DNA of 64,000 bases from Octopus vulgaris (GCA_951406725.2 OX597834.1:38626001-38690000), one strand, 5' to 3'. Positions 1 through 14,869 are shown, numbered from the stretch's first letter. Notes: generated from the sequence alone by a model not told the origin. Numbers and translations are program-made.

Positions 1-230
1 AGCTTGTGGATTCGTTAAAGCTTCGGAGAAAATGAGCTGCGATAGTTCTTTACGATCTGATTTCAAATTCCGTCGAAGCCAATTTTGTCGTTCGTTTCTC
101 CAAGGCCGATAAAGTACTGTATTCGATGGTATAACTCATCCACTTCTGTCAAAAGTGGTGGCAAGGTGCCTAAATCATGTATGAGAAACCATTATTTACT
201 AGCAACAAACAATAAGCTTTCTTTAAGCTT

Positions 231-409
<179 letters not shown>

Positions 410-420
<11 letters not shown>

Positions 421-538
421 TGTGTTTGTCGCTCCAACATCGCTTGACAACCGATGCTGGTGTGTTTACGTCCCCGTAACTTAGCAGTTCGGCAAAAGAG
501 ACCAATAGAATAAGTACTCGGCTTACAAAGAATAAGTG
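410..538 (+). mobile_element. SINE family B, 3' part
   Basis: gcttgacaaccgatgctggtgtgtttacgtccccgtaacttagcagttcggcaaaagagacc matches the copy at 36427-36822. Confidence 0.8.
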
Positions 539-769
539 ACGGACCAATTTCGAGGCTGGAGCAACATGGAACAGGCGAAACTACTCGAACGCAGAGAATG
601 TAAATGCTGCTAAGTATTTTGCAGTTCGCAACCGTAATTTGAATTAACAATATTGGAAAGTATTAGAATAGTTTCAAGTTTTGGCAGAAGGCCAGTAATT
701 TGGGGTGAGGGGTGAGGAGATCACATCAACCCAAATACTTAAGTGATGTTTATTATATCGAGCTCGAAA

Positions 770-1052
770 GTACTTATTCTATCGGTATCTTTTGTCGAAC
801 CGCTAAGTTACAGGAACGTAAACACACCATTATCGGTTGTCAAGCGATGTTGGGAGACAAATAGACACATACATATATGCACACACATACATATATATAT
901 ATATAAACATATATACGACGGGTTTCTTTTCAGTTTCCGTCTACCAAATCCACTCACAAGGCTTTGGTCGGCCCAAAGCTATAATAGAAGACACTTACCC
1001 AAGGTGCCACGCAGTGGAACTGAACCTGGAACCATGTGGTTGGTAAACAAGC
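770..1052 (-). mobile_element. SINE family B, partial, with internal microsatellite
   Basis: tttcagtttccgtctaccaaatccactcacaaggctttggtcggccc shared with 55270-55325. Confidence 0.85.
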
Positions 1053-1247
1053 TGGTTCCGCATGTAATGAGAAACCAGACTATCATACTCCCAATTTCAG
1101 ACAATACTATCCGAAGACAGTCAGATATATTCATTAAAGTTAATGAGGTCAGTATTTATAAATTATTTGTGCTATATTCCAATATTACGGTATTACAATC
1201 ACATATTGAAAATAGATTTTTTTTTTTTTTTAAATAATCATATTAAG

Positions 1248-1465
1248 GGCGGTGAGCTGGCAGAATTGTTAGCACGCTGGACAAAATGCTTACCGACATT
1301 TTGCCCGTCTTTACGTTCTGAGTTCAAATTCTGCTGAGGTCGACTTTGCCTTTCATCCTTTCGGGGATCGATAAAATAAGTACTAGTGAAACGCTGGCGT
1401 CGATCTAATCGTCTTCTCCCCTTCCCCGAAATTGCTGGCGTTGTGCCCAAATTAGAAACCAATAA
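1248..1465 (+). mobile_element. tRNA-derived SINE family A
   Basis: ggcggtgagctggcagaa...gttctgagttcaaattc...gtcgactttgcctttcatcctttcgggg; Pol III box A/B-like motifs; many copies in the window. Confidence 0.85.
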
Positions 1466-1728
1466 TTGTATAAAATGTACATATACATACACAAATGTAT
1501 ACATACGCATACACATGTATGTTTACATACATATCTACGTGTGTGTATATGCATGTATATATCTGTGACCTTTATGTATAATGTATGAATATCTGTGTGA
1601 TGTATGTGTGTGTATGTATATGTGTGTGATGCATGCATATATATATATATATATCTTCTTTCCTGAGCGTCCAATACTTTATTTGTTCCTCCTCGCGTTG
1701 TTGTCTTTTTGTTTTCTTGTTTGGATTA

Positions 1729-1775
<47 letters not shown>

Positions 1776-1778
<3 letters not shown>

Positions 1779-1991
1779 CTGGAACTCTTCTTTTCACTAC
1801 ATAACGAAGACATGACACGATGTAGGTAAAGAAATTTGAGAAATTTGAAAAGTATACACGAAACCGGTTATTTCTCCAAAAACTATGTTACTATACACAA
1901 AATTTTATAACATTTTTCTAACATAACGACTTAAATATATTCTTTAACCTTATAACACATGCCTTCTGTAGTTTTTTCACTCTTTTCTATT
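1776..1991 (+). mobile_element. (TA)n-embedded non-coding element carrying a hammerhead motif (Penelope pLTR/retrozyme-like)
   Basis: Flanked by (TA)n on both sides; contains the HHR at 1838-1876. Confidence 0.55.
1838..1876 (+). ncRNA. Minimal type I hammerhead ribozyme, U3-A8 core variant
   Basis: GAGAAAT-TTGAAAA-GT(ATAC)AC-GAAA-CCGG-TT-ATTTCTC: 7-bp stem I, 2-bp stem II, palindromic stem III (ACCGGT), GUU site. Confidence 0.7.
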
Positions 1992-2570
1992 ATATATATA
2001 TATATATATATATGTATGAATGAATGTTTGTATGTGTATGTGAGTGTGTATGTATGTATGTATGTATGTAGTTAAGTAGGTGCCTATATATATGTACATA
2101 TTTAGGCATGTATGTGGAAAAAAGGCGTGTCAGAGAGTTTTGGTGTAAAAGTGAAAGGAAATATGTAAGAGGAAAGAGACAGAAATGGAAAACAGAGAGA
2201 AAGAAGGAAAGAGAGAGAGAGAGAGGGGGGAAGTGAGAGAAAGAGGTTGGAGTAAAGGGAAAAGAGTATTCAGATATGCTGAGGGCGAAAGAGACATGCG
2301 GAATGAAATCCATACCGTATAATATGTCTTATGTGGAATTCATCGTTCCAACAACGGGCACAAGGTCTGAAGGTTTCGTGTGTTGGGGGTGGGTCGTCGA
2401 TTAGGTCGCCCGCTGTGCTCCACTCGAACTTATTTCATCGACCTTGAAAGGTTGAGAGACATAGTAGACTTTGGGCGGAATTATTTGGAATTAGAACGCG
2501 AAGATGGGAGGAGGAGGGGGTAAGAATGGTAGAATGGGATGAATTGAGTGATGGAGACAGAGGCACATGT

Positions 2571-2657
<87 letters not shown>

Positions 2658-2673
2658 TAGATACAAACAGATA

Positions 2674-3075
2674 TCTTTATATATAAAAGTGAGGTTGTGT
2701 GCTGTCTGTCTCCTACGATTTAGATTCCTAACTACTCCCACATTTTGCGATGCAGTTTAACCAAAACCGGGTATCTTATAGTCGTGATTCATATCGAGCC
2801 CTTCTGGGTATTAGCGCGCGTCTACGATGAGTCTACGATTTTTAAAAAAAATTACCATAATTTTTTTTCCATTTTAATGCATTTTTTCGCTGTTATATAA
2901 GGGAAGTAACTCTCTAAAAATGTCTACGATGAGTCAACGATTTTAAAAAAAAATTACCATCATTTTTTTCCCATTTTTAATGCATTTATTTGCTATTTTT
3001 TGGCTATAACTCTCTAAAAATGCTTATATAGTTATCTCCCTTAGAAACCCGAGCAACGCCGGGCGATACTGCTAG
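2674..3075 (+). mobile_element. Non-autonomous Helitron
   Basis: 5' A|TC, subterminal hairpin cccgagcaacgccggg, 3' CTAG|T; internal ~100-bp duplication starting gtctacgatgagtc. Confidence 0.75.
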
Positions 3076-3173
3076 TATTATTTAAATCAGTTTAATTAGG
3101 CTCCAAAATTTCGCTAGCTTCTTTACAGAAACCTAGTTCGTTCAAACTTAGGTAACCGAGCATATATGTATAT

Positions 3174-3224
<51 letters not shown>

Positions 3225-3254
3225 TATATATATATATATACATACATAAAGTAA

Positions 3255-3532
3255 AGGGTACAGATACCCTTCGGTTATGAATGACCATGAGATGATGCAC
3301 CTGGGAAGATCCCTTCCAAGGCACAGTTCCAGCAGTCGCCCATGTATACGAGCCTCCCCCTCTCTGAATCACCGATGTCAATCAAGAGGAAAGCAAAGAG
3401 CAATACAGCTTGGAACCAGTGAACTGAAGCAACGTGAAATAAGTGTCTTGCTCAAGACCCGGTCCGTAAATAGAACTAACGACCTCATGATTGTGTGGCC
3501 GACACTATAACCTCTGAGTCATGCGCCTTCAC
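3255..3532 (-). mobile_element. tRNA-derived SINE family D, decayed
   Basis: gcaacgtgaaataagtgtcttgctcaaga and gcgccttcac shared with 9240-9599. Confidence 0.7.
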
Positions 3533-3681
3533 TTTTAGTATATATATTAAAAGGGTGAGAGCGATGCTAGATGGGTCGAAATGATTGTAGGGATGAATAA
3601 AGATTCTCGTATCTTCCATCTTCCATCTTTCATTAACCAAAGATATATATATATGTGTGTGTGTGTGTGCGCGCGTGTGTG

Positions 3682-3734
<53 letters not shown>

Positions 3735-4032
3735 TTTTACTTTAAAGAGTAAAAGAAAAAAGTATATATATATATATATATATACACACACTTATATATA
3801 CATATTTATATATGTAGATATATATGTGTAAATATATAAATATGTATGTGTGCGTGTGCGTGTATGTGTGTGCGTATGTGGGAAAGAGCATGTTGAGGAT
3901 ATATGGGTGAGAGTGATATATGTAATAAAAGAAGGATTGCATAAAAGGGTGGAGAAAGTGATAGGCAGAAAGTTCAGGAGGATACAAGGAGAAAGGGAGA
4001 GGAATATGGAATGGGACAAAGATGAGGGTCTG

Positions 4033-4071
<39 letters not shown>

Positions 4072-4349
4072 GTCTATCTGTCTGTCTGTCTGTCTGTCCA
4101 TCCGTCCGTCTGTCTGATTTTCTGTCTGTCTGTCTGTATATCTGTCTATCTATCTATCCATCTATCTGTCTGTCCATCCGTCCGTCTGTCTGATTGTCTG
4201 TCTGTCTGTATATCTGTCTGTCTGTCTATCTATCTATCTGTCTGTCTGTCTATCCGTGTGTGGTGGGGGCGGGAGATTTTGCCTGAAGATATAGATTTAA
4301 ACGTATACCTATCACCATATGTATTTGTTGTGAATTATATAGAAATATA

Positions 4350-4419
<70 letters not shown>

Positions 4420-4436
4420 TACGCATACATACTTAC

Positions 4437-4472
<36 letters not shown>

Positions 4473-4479
4473 CCACGGA

Positions 4480-4532
4480 TGTTACGTTCCACAACCCCCA
4501 CGATAAGTGAACCGCGATAGGTGAACCACGTA
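4480..4532 (-). mobile_element. Fragment of a pogo/Tigger-like MITE
   Basis: Reverse complement of ttcacctatcgcg...ggaacgtaac at 36857-36887. Confidence 0.45.
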
Positions 4533-4539
4533 ATGCCTA

Positions 4540-4717
4540 GGGATTGCTGTGTGTATATTCGAAACGCGGAGTAGACAAAACTGATGAAGGGATTGTTCTT
4601 TATGTTGCCTGTCTCGTTTCTCATTTTGTCCACGTTTTTTTTTTTACGTCCTACACCCATATATGCATGTATATATACATATATATGTAGGTATGTACAT
4701 GTATGTGTGTATATATG

Positions 4718-4764
<47 letters not shown>

Positions 4765-4802
4765 TTATATGATCGAACGCCACGCATTCATTTCCAAGTA
4801 AG

Positions 4803-4803
<1 letters not shown>
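4540..4803 (+). mobile_element. (TA)n-associated repeat with a GAAA...CTGATGA motif, homologous to 51440-51736
   Basis: Shared gacaa..ctga(t/a)gaaggg and attatatgat(c/t)gaacgccacgcat...ttccaagta. Confidence 0.55.
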
Positions 4804-4855
<52 letters not shown>

Positions 4856-4958
4856 GTTCAGTAAAAATTTAGATTCAGTTGAATATGGTACTTAAGTTAA
4901 AGGCACCAGAATTTGGTCTGGTATTATCCATATAATTCAAAATGGGGTGATTATTTTG

Positions 4959-5036
<78 letters not shown>

Positions 5037-5293
5037 GTGTTTGAAGGCATATAAGACGTACATTTTCCTCCTAAAAATATCTCCCCCCGGGTCGCATATG
5101 TGCGTCTCATAAGAGGTGCGTCCCATAAGCTTCAATGTATTGGAAACTTTTTTCTTAAATATGTTTTGTCGAAACTGGAGAGCGTCGAAAATGTCTGTGC
5201 GCCATTCACGCCTTCGGATGCTGTATATATATATATATATATATACTCTTTTACTTGTTTCAGTCATTTGACTGCGGCCATGCTGGAGCACCG

Positions 5294-5347
<54 letters not shown>

Positions 5348-5377
5348 GAAATATTACATATATACATCACACACACA

Positions 5378-5442
<65 letters not shown>

Positions 5443-5575
5443 TCATAAATATATATGTGTATATGTGTGTACATATCTATGTATGAGTAAGTTGTGTATG
5501 TCTATCTATCCCTCTGCCTTTTCTGTCTATATAGAAAAATACACGCACATGCATATAAACACACACGCACGCACA

Positions 5576-5674
<99 letters not shown>

Positions 5675-5702
5675 GTGTATACACACACACACATATATAT
5701 AT

Positions 5703-5795
<93 letters not shown>

Positions 5796-5800
5796 CAGAG

Positions 5801-5851
<51 letters not shown>

Positions 5852-6488
5852 TACATTCATACAATATATTCGAGCAGCTGTGTAAGTGTATGCATATGTT
5901 TGTGTGCGTGTTTTTTGCGTGCGTGCTCGTGTGTGTGCGTGCAATGATGCACGCGCGTGTGTGTGGTGCCATCATTATCTGAGTATGCGAAGATGGTTGG
6001 CTGTTTGGTGATTGGAGAGTTGGGAGAGAAGTGAGCGGAAAGGGTGAGCAACCAAGAAGAGATTGAGAGAGAGAGGGAGAAGAGGATAGGCCTGAGATCT
6101 TATAGTATTGTGTAAGAGGGAGGAGGAGGAAGGGGGAAGAGGCGTGCTAGAGTAAGAGCAGTAGGAGGAGGAGGAGAAAGTGGGAAGAGGTATTGGTTTG
6201 GTTATTGATTAGTACTCAATTCACTTTGATACACGTGCTGACTGAATCTTTGTCACAAATGTATATTAACCGCCCAGGTACCCTAACCTCGGTACACTTA
6301 TTTCGGTACACTTACCTGGATACTCCCTGCACCGACAACAACAACAACAACAACGATAGCAGCAACAACATCATACCACATTTCTGTAACAACCCTAACA
6401 ATAACGACAACTACTCCAGACAACAATAGTCATTACAACAACAACAGGCACCAACAGTCACAAGAACAAACATAACAACAGCAACAGT

Positions 6489-6680
6489 GGAGGCGTAGTG
6501 GCCCAGTGGTTAGGGAAGCGGACTCACTGTCGTAAGAACGCGGTTTCGATTCCCAGACCGGGTATTGTGAGTGTTTATTGAGCAAAAACACCTAAGCTCC
6601 ATGAGGCCCCGACGGGAGAGGGGGTGAACCCCGCTGTACTCTTTCACCAGAACTTTCACTCTTTCTTCCTACTTCTGCCA
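6489..6680 (+). mobile_element. tRNA-derived SINE family C
   Basis: gtggcccagtggttaggg (box A), ggtttcgattcc (box B); body matches the reverse complement of 45850-45937. Confidence 0.75.
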
Positions 6681-6874
6681 CAAAGCAGAGGAACCATGGT
6701 GTAACCCACTATGGTGTGGTAAACTTTCAGACCCTAGTCTAGATTGCAAATCCTCTGTATCCCAGGATGATTCAGCTCTCCACCCGTTAAAAGCCACCGT
6801 TTACGGAATGAGGATAACAACGGAGCTTTCGCGCCCGTGCAACCGCCAGTCTATCGCGTGTGATGGGTGGATCT

Positions 6875-7210
6875 TATGTTCTGAGTTCAAATTCCGCCGA
6901 GGTCGAGTTTACTTTTCATCCTTTCAGGGTCAATAAATTAAGTACCCATGAAACACTGGGGTCGATGTAATCGACTAGTCCCCTCCCCACAAAGTTTTAG
7001 GCCTTGTGCCTATAGTAGAAAGGATTATTATTATTATTATTATTATTAGCATACTGGACGAAATGCGTAGCGGTATCTCGTCCGTCGCTGCGTTCTGAGT
7101 TCAAATTGCCTGTCATCTTTTCGGGGTCAATTAATTAATTAAGTAGCAGTTGAACACAGAGGTCGATGTAATCGACACATGCCCACCTCCCCCAAGCAGC
7201 CCTTGTGGAA
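6875..7210 (+). mobile_element. Two partial SINE family A copies separated by (ATT)n
   Basis: gttctgagttcaaatt...tcatc(c)tttc.gggtcaat occurs twice. Confidence 0.75.
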
Positions 7211-7225
7211 AAAAATAGAAATAGA

Positions 7226-7283
<58 letters not shown>

Positions 7284-7366
7284 GAAAATGATAATAATAA
7301 TGATTATCATCATCATCATCATTATTATTATTATGTTTATTATTATTATTATTGTTATTATTATCA

Positions 7367-8135
7367 TATGTTTGGCTTCTGCTTTGTATTTGTACAAGTC
7401 TCGCCTAGAGACCTCAAGAGACAGCAGGTTAGAAGTTCAAGTTGGTGTTATGACTAGGGTGCCATGTGCTTGGTCTTGCGCAGAGTATTGTTCGAGAGAA
7501 TGTCTGTCAAAACAAATAAATAAGAAGTTTGTTTTAAAAGTGATTTGATTATATTATGATAGTCTGATGTTAAGATGACAGTAGAAGGTGTTTGCTGTTA
7601 TGTTCATTTAAAAGTATTTTGAGAATGTTTACGGATTAAAACATTTTTGGGATTACATAGATAATATTTTACGTAGGATATGGGCAGTGCGCATGAACAC
7701 GAGCTTCTGAATCTCTTCCATTTTGGGATTTCCTGGTATCTGTGCTAGGTAGCAATTAGCCCCTTTTGCTATCATTCCTAGGGCACTTATAACAACAGGT
7801 ATTGCTTTAATCTTCAGGTTCCACATTTTGCCAATTTCTATTTCCAGATCTTTATATTTGCTCAGTTTTTGGTAGGTCTTGACAGATACACTTATGTCGA
7901 TTGGGACAGTCATATCGATGAGGAGGCATGATTTTTGTCTGAAGTCTTTCAATATAATAATGCCTAGCCTATTCGCTTCTATCTTTCTGTCAGTTTGAAC
8001 GGTAAAGTTCCAAAGGAGTGAAATGTGGTCATTTTAAAGTAATGGCGGTGTTCCCACCAGTTTTTATCATGGGGCAACTCCAAGTTTTTGCAAATCACTC
8101 AGTGAATATACTGTGCTGATCTATCATGCCTGTAT
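7367..8135 (-). mobile_element. R4/Dong-like non-LTR retrotransposon 3' fragment (restriction-like endonuclease), decayed
   Basis: Translates RHDR...LLIDMTVP..KLSKYKDLEIEIGKMWNL..IPVVISALG; 3' end abuts (TAA)n. Confidence 0.8.
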
Positions 8136-8172
8136 CGTCCCCTATATATCGGCCCTAGTAGGTAATAAATGA

Positions 8173-8229
<57 letters not shown>

Positions 8230-8302
8230 GACAATAATAATAATAGTAACAATAATGATAACAACGACAATAATAATGATGATAATAATAATAATAATAA
8301 TA

Positions 8303-8334
<32 letters not shown>

Positions 8335-8414
8335 AATAATAATAATAATAATAATGGTAATAATAATAATAATGATAATAATAATAATAGTGGTTATTAT
8401 TATCATTACTATTA

Positions 8415-8448
<34 letters not shown>

Positions 8449-9239
8449 CGGTATTTATTTTGGCTCTCAAGTTCGTTTTTCATTTATCCTTTTCGGGGTC
8501 CATAAGTAAGGCATCTTTTCAAAAGTGCGGATAGCTACAAGCATTCGAATTGTCCTAGTGGTGTTAGTTCCAGTCCTTAGCATGCTGGGATCATCTTGCT
8601 CTGAAAACGGGCTTTCTTGAGCTGATCCTCAGTAATAAGTATAACAACCTTACTGTTAGAAGCAACAGTTTAGATGTATCTCTGTACAAACAAACGGAAC
8701 TTCACCTCGAATAGATGATCGCCAGAAAAGAACGAAAAATATGTTACGTTTTTTGTTGTTGGTTTTTTTTCTAGTATTTTTATTGCTCTCACTAATCCAG
8801 CTTTGTTTTTATAAAGTTTTGATAGACATACATCACGGAAAAGACACGTCATTTTGGACCGTAACAGGTGACAATGTGTTGCCCTAGATTTGGTCTTATG
8901 CCCTTTGTTCTTGTTAGCACCTGGTGAAACTACCAATCAGAAACTACCTGCGAATCGGCTGGTTGAGCTATGCCAGTCTTTGTTTTTAGTTCACTCGTTG
9001 CTACAGAGGTTTCCGGATTCGTTGTTGTTGTTGTTTCTGCAGCTGTACTTTGTTGTTGTTGTTGTTACTCGTTTTGTTTTTGTTGATGTATGAAAGGCTG
9101 GAACAGTTGTGTTACAGAGTCTGTATGCGCGATGTATGAAACTGTTTATGGATATAGGATGAAAAGCGTAGGTGAGCGGATGGATTCCTGCACCACACCT
9201 TCTCAGAAAGTGTTCTTATTGTATATAGGCAACGATATA

Positions 9240-9599
9240 TGACTACAATTAACAGTGAGTGTGACCCCCTTCGGTCAGACACTGACCATGGGTTTGCACC
9301 TAGAGAGTTACCCTCTAAGGCACAAGTCTTGGCAAGGTTGTTTTATGGAAGACCAGCAGTCGCCCATGCATACCGGCCTCCCCTCTCCACGCCACCAGTG
9401 TTATCCAAGGGAAAGACAAAGGTCGATACAGCTTGGCACCAGTGACGTCGCAACTCATTTCTACAGCTGAGTGAACTGGAGCAACGTGAAATAAAGTGTC
9501 TTGCTCAAGAACACAACACGCAGCCCGGTACAGGATTCGAGCTCACAAGCTCCCGATCGTAAGCTCGACGCTCTAACCACTGAGCCACGCGCCTTCACA
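9240..9599 (-). mobile_element. tRNA-derived SINE family D, near full length
   Basis: Minus-strand head gtggctcagtggttagagcg...gagctcgaatcc, then gtgttgtgttcttgagcaagacac core. Confidence 0.8.
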
Positions 9600-9679
9600 C
9601 AATTAACAGTATGAGATGGTGAAAGTATACAGTATACGCTTATAATTGTACATACATACAACTGTATGTGCATAGGACT

Positions 9680-10236
9680 GTGTTTACTTGGCAAGTTGTG
9701 AAATTTGCGATTTTGTGATCCCGTGTATGCTGTGGTGTGCGATTTTGTCATGGATAGAAAATTGGAACAAAGAACCAACGTGAAATTCTACGCTAAACTT
9801 GGAAATTCTGCTACACAAAGACATTGAGCATACTTCGGAAAGTTTACGGTGACGAGGCAATGGGTCGTATGCGATATTTCAAAAGCAGAAGAATGTCCCT
9901 CGAAGACAATAGGCGATCTGGAAGACCTACCACGAGAGCCACCCCACAGAAATCTGGAGAAAATTCGTCAGCTGGTGCATGAGGATCGCTGGAGGACAAC
10001 CAACGACATTGCGGATGTTGTTGATCTGTCGTATGGGTCCGTGTCGGCAATCCTAACGTCTGAGCTGAATATGCGGTGTGTCTCTGCCAAGTTTGTTCCC
10101 CGCCTGGGGAACACTGGGACCGGTGTATTGTTGCGCAAGATGACTATTTCGAAGGGGATGATATTAAAACTTAGGTAAATAAGCTTTTTTTCTTTATTAA
10201 ATTTAACTAGTCCGGGGCCTTTTGATACTACCTCAT
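9680..10236 (+). mobile_element. Internally deleted mariner element
   Basis: LEQRTNVKFYAKLGNSAT...DRWRTTNDIADVVDLSYGSVSAILTSELNMRCVSAKFVPRL joined directly to C-terminal WDRCIVAQDDYFEGD*; ends at TA. Confidence 0.85.
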
Positions 10237-10267
10237 ATATATATATATATATATATATATTCTACAT

Positions 10268-10345
<78 letters not shown>

Positions 10346-10499
10346 GTGTATGTATGTATATATACATACATATATATATATATATACATATAAATATATG
10401 TGTGTGTACATAAATATAAATATACATATATATATACTTATAAATAAATATAAACATATATATATTACTTAGATGTACATGTGTATATTATATAGGTAC

Positions 10500-10538
<39 letters not shown>

Positions 10539-10612
10539 TATATATATATATATATATAGACGCACACACACATACACACACCCAAATACCTCCACATACA
10601 TACATACATACA

Positions 10613-10645
<33 letters not shown>

Positions 10646-11086
10646 GCATGACGTAGTAATCGATAAAATGTATTCCACAGTACTTGATGACAAACTCCAC
10701 CGCCACTACCGACCGCAATAACAATACAACAACAACAACAACAACAACAGGAGAAAGAACATCAGTAACGCCAATAACAACAACAACAACGACACCAACA
10801 ACAACAAAAGCAACAACAACAACAGTGACAACAACCGAGGACAAGGTGACATGCACTCGTTGATATTTACTTCCTCCCAAGTTGAACCTCAATATTTATC
10901 TCTCTTGCTCTCCCTTTCATCCTTGTTTTTCTTACTTTCTCTCTTTCTCACATCCTTCTCTCTCTCTCTCTCTCTCGTATTTCTCCATCTCTCTCTCTCT
11001 CTCACTATTGTCCACCCCCCTCCACTCTATCATCTCTCATCTCTGCCCTTCCTTCCTTTCTTTCTCTGTTACATCCTCTTCCACCA

Positions 11087-11134
<48 letters not shown>

Positions 11135-11203
11135 CGTCTCTTTCTCTCGCTTATTCACACCCATTGACAGCCACACATACACACACACATCACACACACA
11201 CTC

Positions 11204-11236
<33 letters not shown>

Positions 11237-11346
11237 ACACAGAAACACACACACACATAGACACAATTATATGGACGTTTATATATAGTAAGAGATAAAT
11301 GCATATGATTCTATATCTGTATATATATATATATAAAGATGTGTGA

Positions 11347-11694
<348 letters not shown>

Positions 11695-11697
11695 GTA

Positions 11698-11740
<43 letters not shown>

Positions 11741-11848
11741 GCATACATACATACATACATATATACCTATATATATATATACATATATATGTATATACGC
11801 ACACATAGAAACACACACCTCACACACACACACATATATATGGATATG

Positions 11849-11935
<87 letters not shown>

Positions 11936-12640
11936 ATATGTGTATGTATATACATGTATGTATGTATGCATATATGGCTACACAGGTCACGTGAGGTATT
12001 TGAGGACATATATCTTTCTTTTGAGATTATTCTATAAACCCGCCTTCAGCCTCGATGAGTGGTTCAACGCGAGAGCAATACTCTATTGTGTAACATAAAT
12101 AACTGAAATTGTTTTAAAACAGCGAATGGTGGACGCGCTGCTCTTTGCCATAAAGGGACTACAGATGCTCTAGTACAACGCAGTCCCCTCGAAAATTTAA
12201 GGCACACTTGCAGACCGTATGGGGACAGAAGTGTGCAGTACGCAATCGTTTGAACCGTCTGTTGAGCCTCTGCTCAGCAGCTGGTTTCTTGGCTCTCATG
12301 AGGAATTCTGCTATTATTGTGCTTAGATGTATTTTTTCATTATTAGCGACGGAAGGGTTATTACTTCAACATTAACGGTCTGTACACATACTCAGTGGCC
12401 TAACTAATGTGAGAGCAAGGGAAGCGTTCGCTCCTCCACCGTGTACATTTTTTTTTTTTCAGAATTGGCGCCTTTTAGATAATATATAATCAATGAGTTA
12501 AAAATTGTTTGATATGTGTCACGGCGCCTTTTTTTTCATGTGCTTCATTCCTGAACATATTTCATGAACAGAACCTCGCTATAGGTGTTGACATGGCTGT
12601 GTGACAAGAAATTTACTTCCCAACTACACACACACACACA

Positions 12641-12705
<65 letters not shown>

Positions 12706-12710
12706 AATCA

Positions 12711-12787
<77 letters not shown>

Positions 12788-12874
12788 AGCCCTTCTCCCT
12801 CTCTCTCTCATTCTGTATATTAACAAGCAAATCACCAAAACAGTCAAAATCTGTCACCACTATCGCCTCAACAT

Positions 12875-14280
12875 TTTTGCTCAATGCACAAGGCATTAAC
12901 CCTTCCACCAATGCCCAGAAATAGAAGATCCAATTTATTGAGGACTGGGTTAATGACCATCCGCACTATATCTCTTTTTTCGTCCAGACACAGAGACCCA
13001 TCTCAATAACCTCCACTTGGAAGCTGAGGTGAGAGTTAAGAATTTTACAGATCCGTGCAGATCGTGTCGGCAGAAGAAAGAGTGGGACCACCATTTTCGT
13101 GCACGATTCTCTTTCGGTTGAAGCAGTGGACGTATTTACTAACGGCTACTGTGAAGCAGCTTCTGTGTTTAGTAAAACCAACAATTTGAGAGTAGTTGGT
13201 CTCTATTGACCATCCCTAACTCCTTTTCTCAGGCAAAGTCAGTGGTGGTGGCCCACAAGGCACCGTCTTGGGCCCGCTCCTCTTCATTATTTACTTCAAC
13301 GACATAGTAAGATGTCATCAAATATTCTACATTGAAAATCTTTGCAGATGATTCCAAACCCCAGAAAGCCATAAACGGCATGAGAGACCGAACGTGCCTT
13401 CAGTCAGATATGTTTGCTATTGTCCAATGGTCGGAAAAAGACAATATGATTTTTAAATGAAGATAAGTTTGATCTACTTTGGGAAAGAGGAAACTGAAAT
13501 TACCATATGCTCTTTCCTCGGGCGACTTCCTAGTGTCATCCAACAGCACTAGAGATCTTGGAGTAGTTGTTGATAACAAATCTAAGCTGGAGCTCCCACG
13601 TAAACAGGAAGGTTGACTTTGCCTGCAAGATGTGCTCCTGGATTCTGAGAACTTTCCGGTCTAGAGATGCCTACACCATCATCCTTCTCTACTCTACTTT
13701 TGCCCAACCCCACCTTGAGTACTATTGCCCACTATACCCCCCCCCCCATACGAAGCAACTCATTATGAAAGTAGAAGTACTCCAGAGGTCCATAACAAGA
13801 AATATAGACGGCACGAGAGGCATTGATTATTGGATTCGACTAAAAAAACTCAATCTCAACTCTCTCCAACGCCGCCGGGAGCGCTACATCATTTGAGTTA
13901 TGTGAAAAATATTCCATCAATATTGCACAAATGATGTTGGCATCAATTTTAAAATCCATCCAAGACTTGGCCCCCGTGCAATCCGCCCACAAACTCGGTA
14001 CATATAACAACATTACGCCATAATTACTTTACCTCAACCGGTCCAGCTCTCTTTAATACCAAAATACGTCAAAACGGAAACGGTTCCCATAAATTTCAAA
14101 TGTTCACTGGACAAATTTCTTCAAAAAATTCCAGACCAACCTCTTACACCCGGATATGTCTCCATCAATAAGAACTCTTTGTCGGCTTTGGTGCCACGTG
14201 TATGACTAAAAGACCTCACCAGGTGGTGCTGTTGAGTTAGACATGGCCTGGGCCTATACTGGCCGAAAACTATCAAAGTT
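12875..14280 (+). mobile_element. Internally deleted CR1/L2-like LINE (AP endonuclease N-terminus fused to RT C-terminus), pseudogenised
   Basis: ETHL and RADR..RRKSGTTIFV (endonuclease); PQGTVLGPLLFIIYFND, FADD (13341-13352), LYSTFAQPHLEYYCP, RLKKLNLNSLQRRR; stops and frameshifts. Confidence 0.9.
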
Positions 14281-14464
14281 ATTATATATATATGTATGTA
14301 TGTGTGTGTGTATTAAGTAAATTTCTTATCACGGCCATTCCCAGGCCTGCAGTGAGATCCTGTTTACCAAACAACAGGACCTCGCTGTATACAGAAGTTT
14401 GAGGTCAAGGAGTTGATAACATTGTGTGTGTGTGTGTGTGTGTATGTGTGTGTGTGTGTGAACG

Positions 14465-14668
14465 AATGTGTTTTTGTGTCTGTGTCTCCCACTTACAGCT
14501 TGACAACCGACGTTGTTGTGTTTATGTCTCCATGACCAAGCGGTTCGGCAAAACAACCCGTTAAGTGCTAGGGTTTAAAACAAAGTACCGGGGTTGATTC
14601 GTACGACTAAAAATTTCCAAAGTGGTGCTCCAGCATGGCTGCAGTCTAATGACTGAAACAAGTAAAAT
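14465..14668 (+). mobile_element. SINE family B, 3' part
   Basis: ggtgctccagcatggctgcagtctaatgactgaaacaagtaaaa tail. Confidence 0.75.
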
Positions 14669-14869
14669 ATACAAGATATATCCTATGTTTTTCATAGCTT
14701 ACAGGTAGCGTTAAATCCTGGAGGCATCTTCTAAGTGGACGTCTATTAATATGATGCTGATATATTCGATCATTAATAAGTTGAACGTTCGATTTTGTTT
14801 GCTTTTTTGTAGTTTTGTTATTCTTGTGTGCGTTTAACATATAATGACATAATTTGTTAATGTCGTTCT

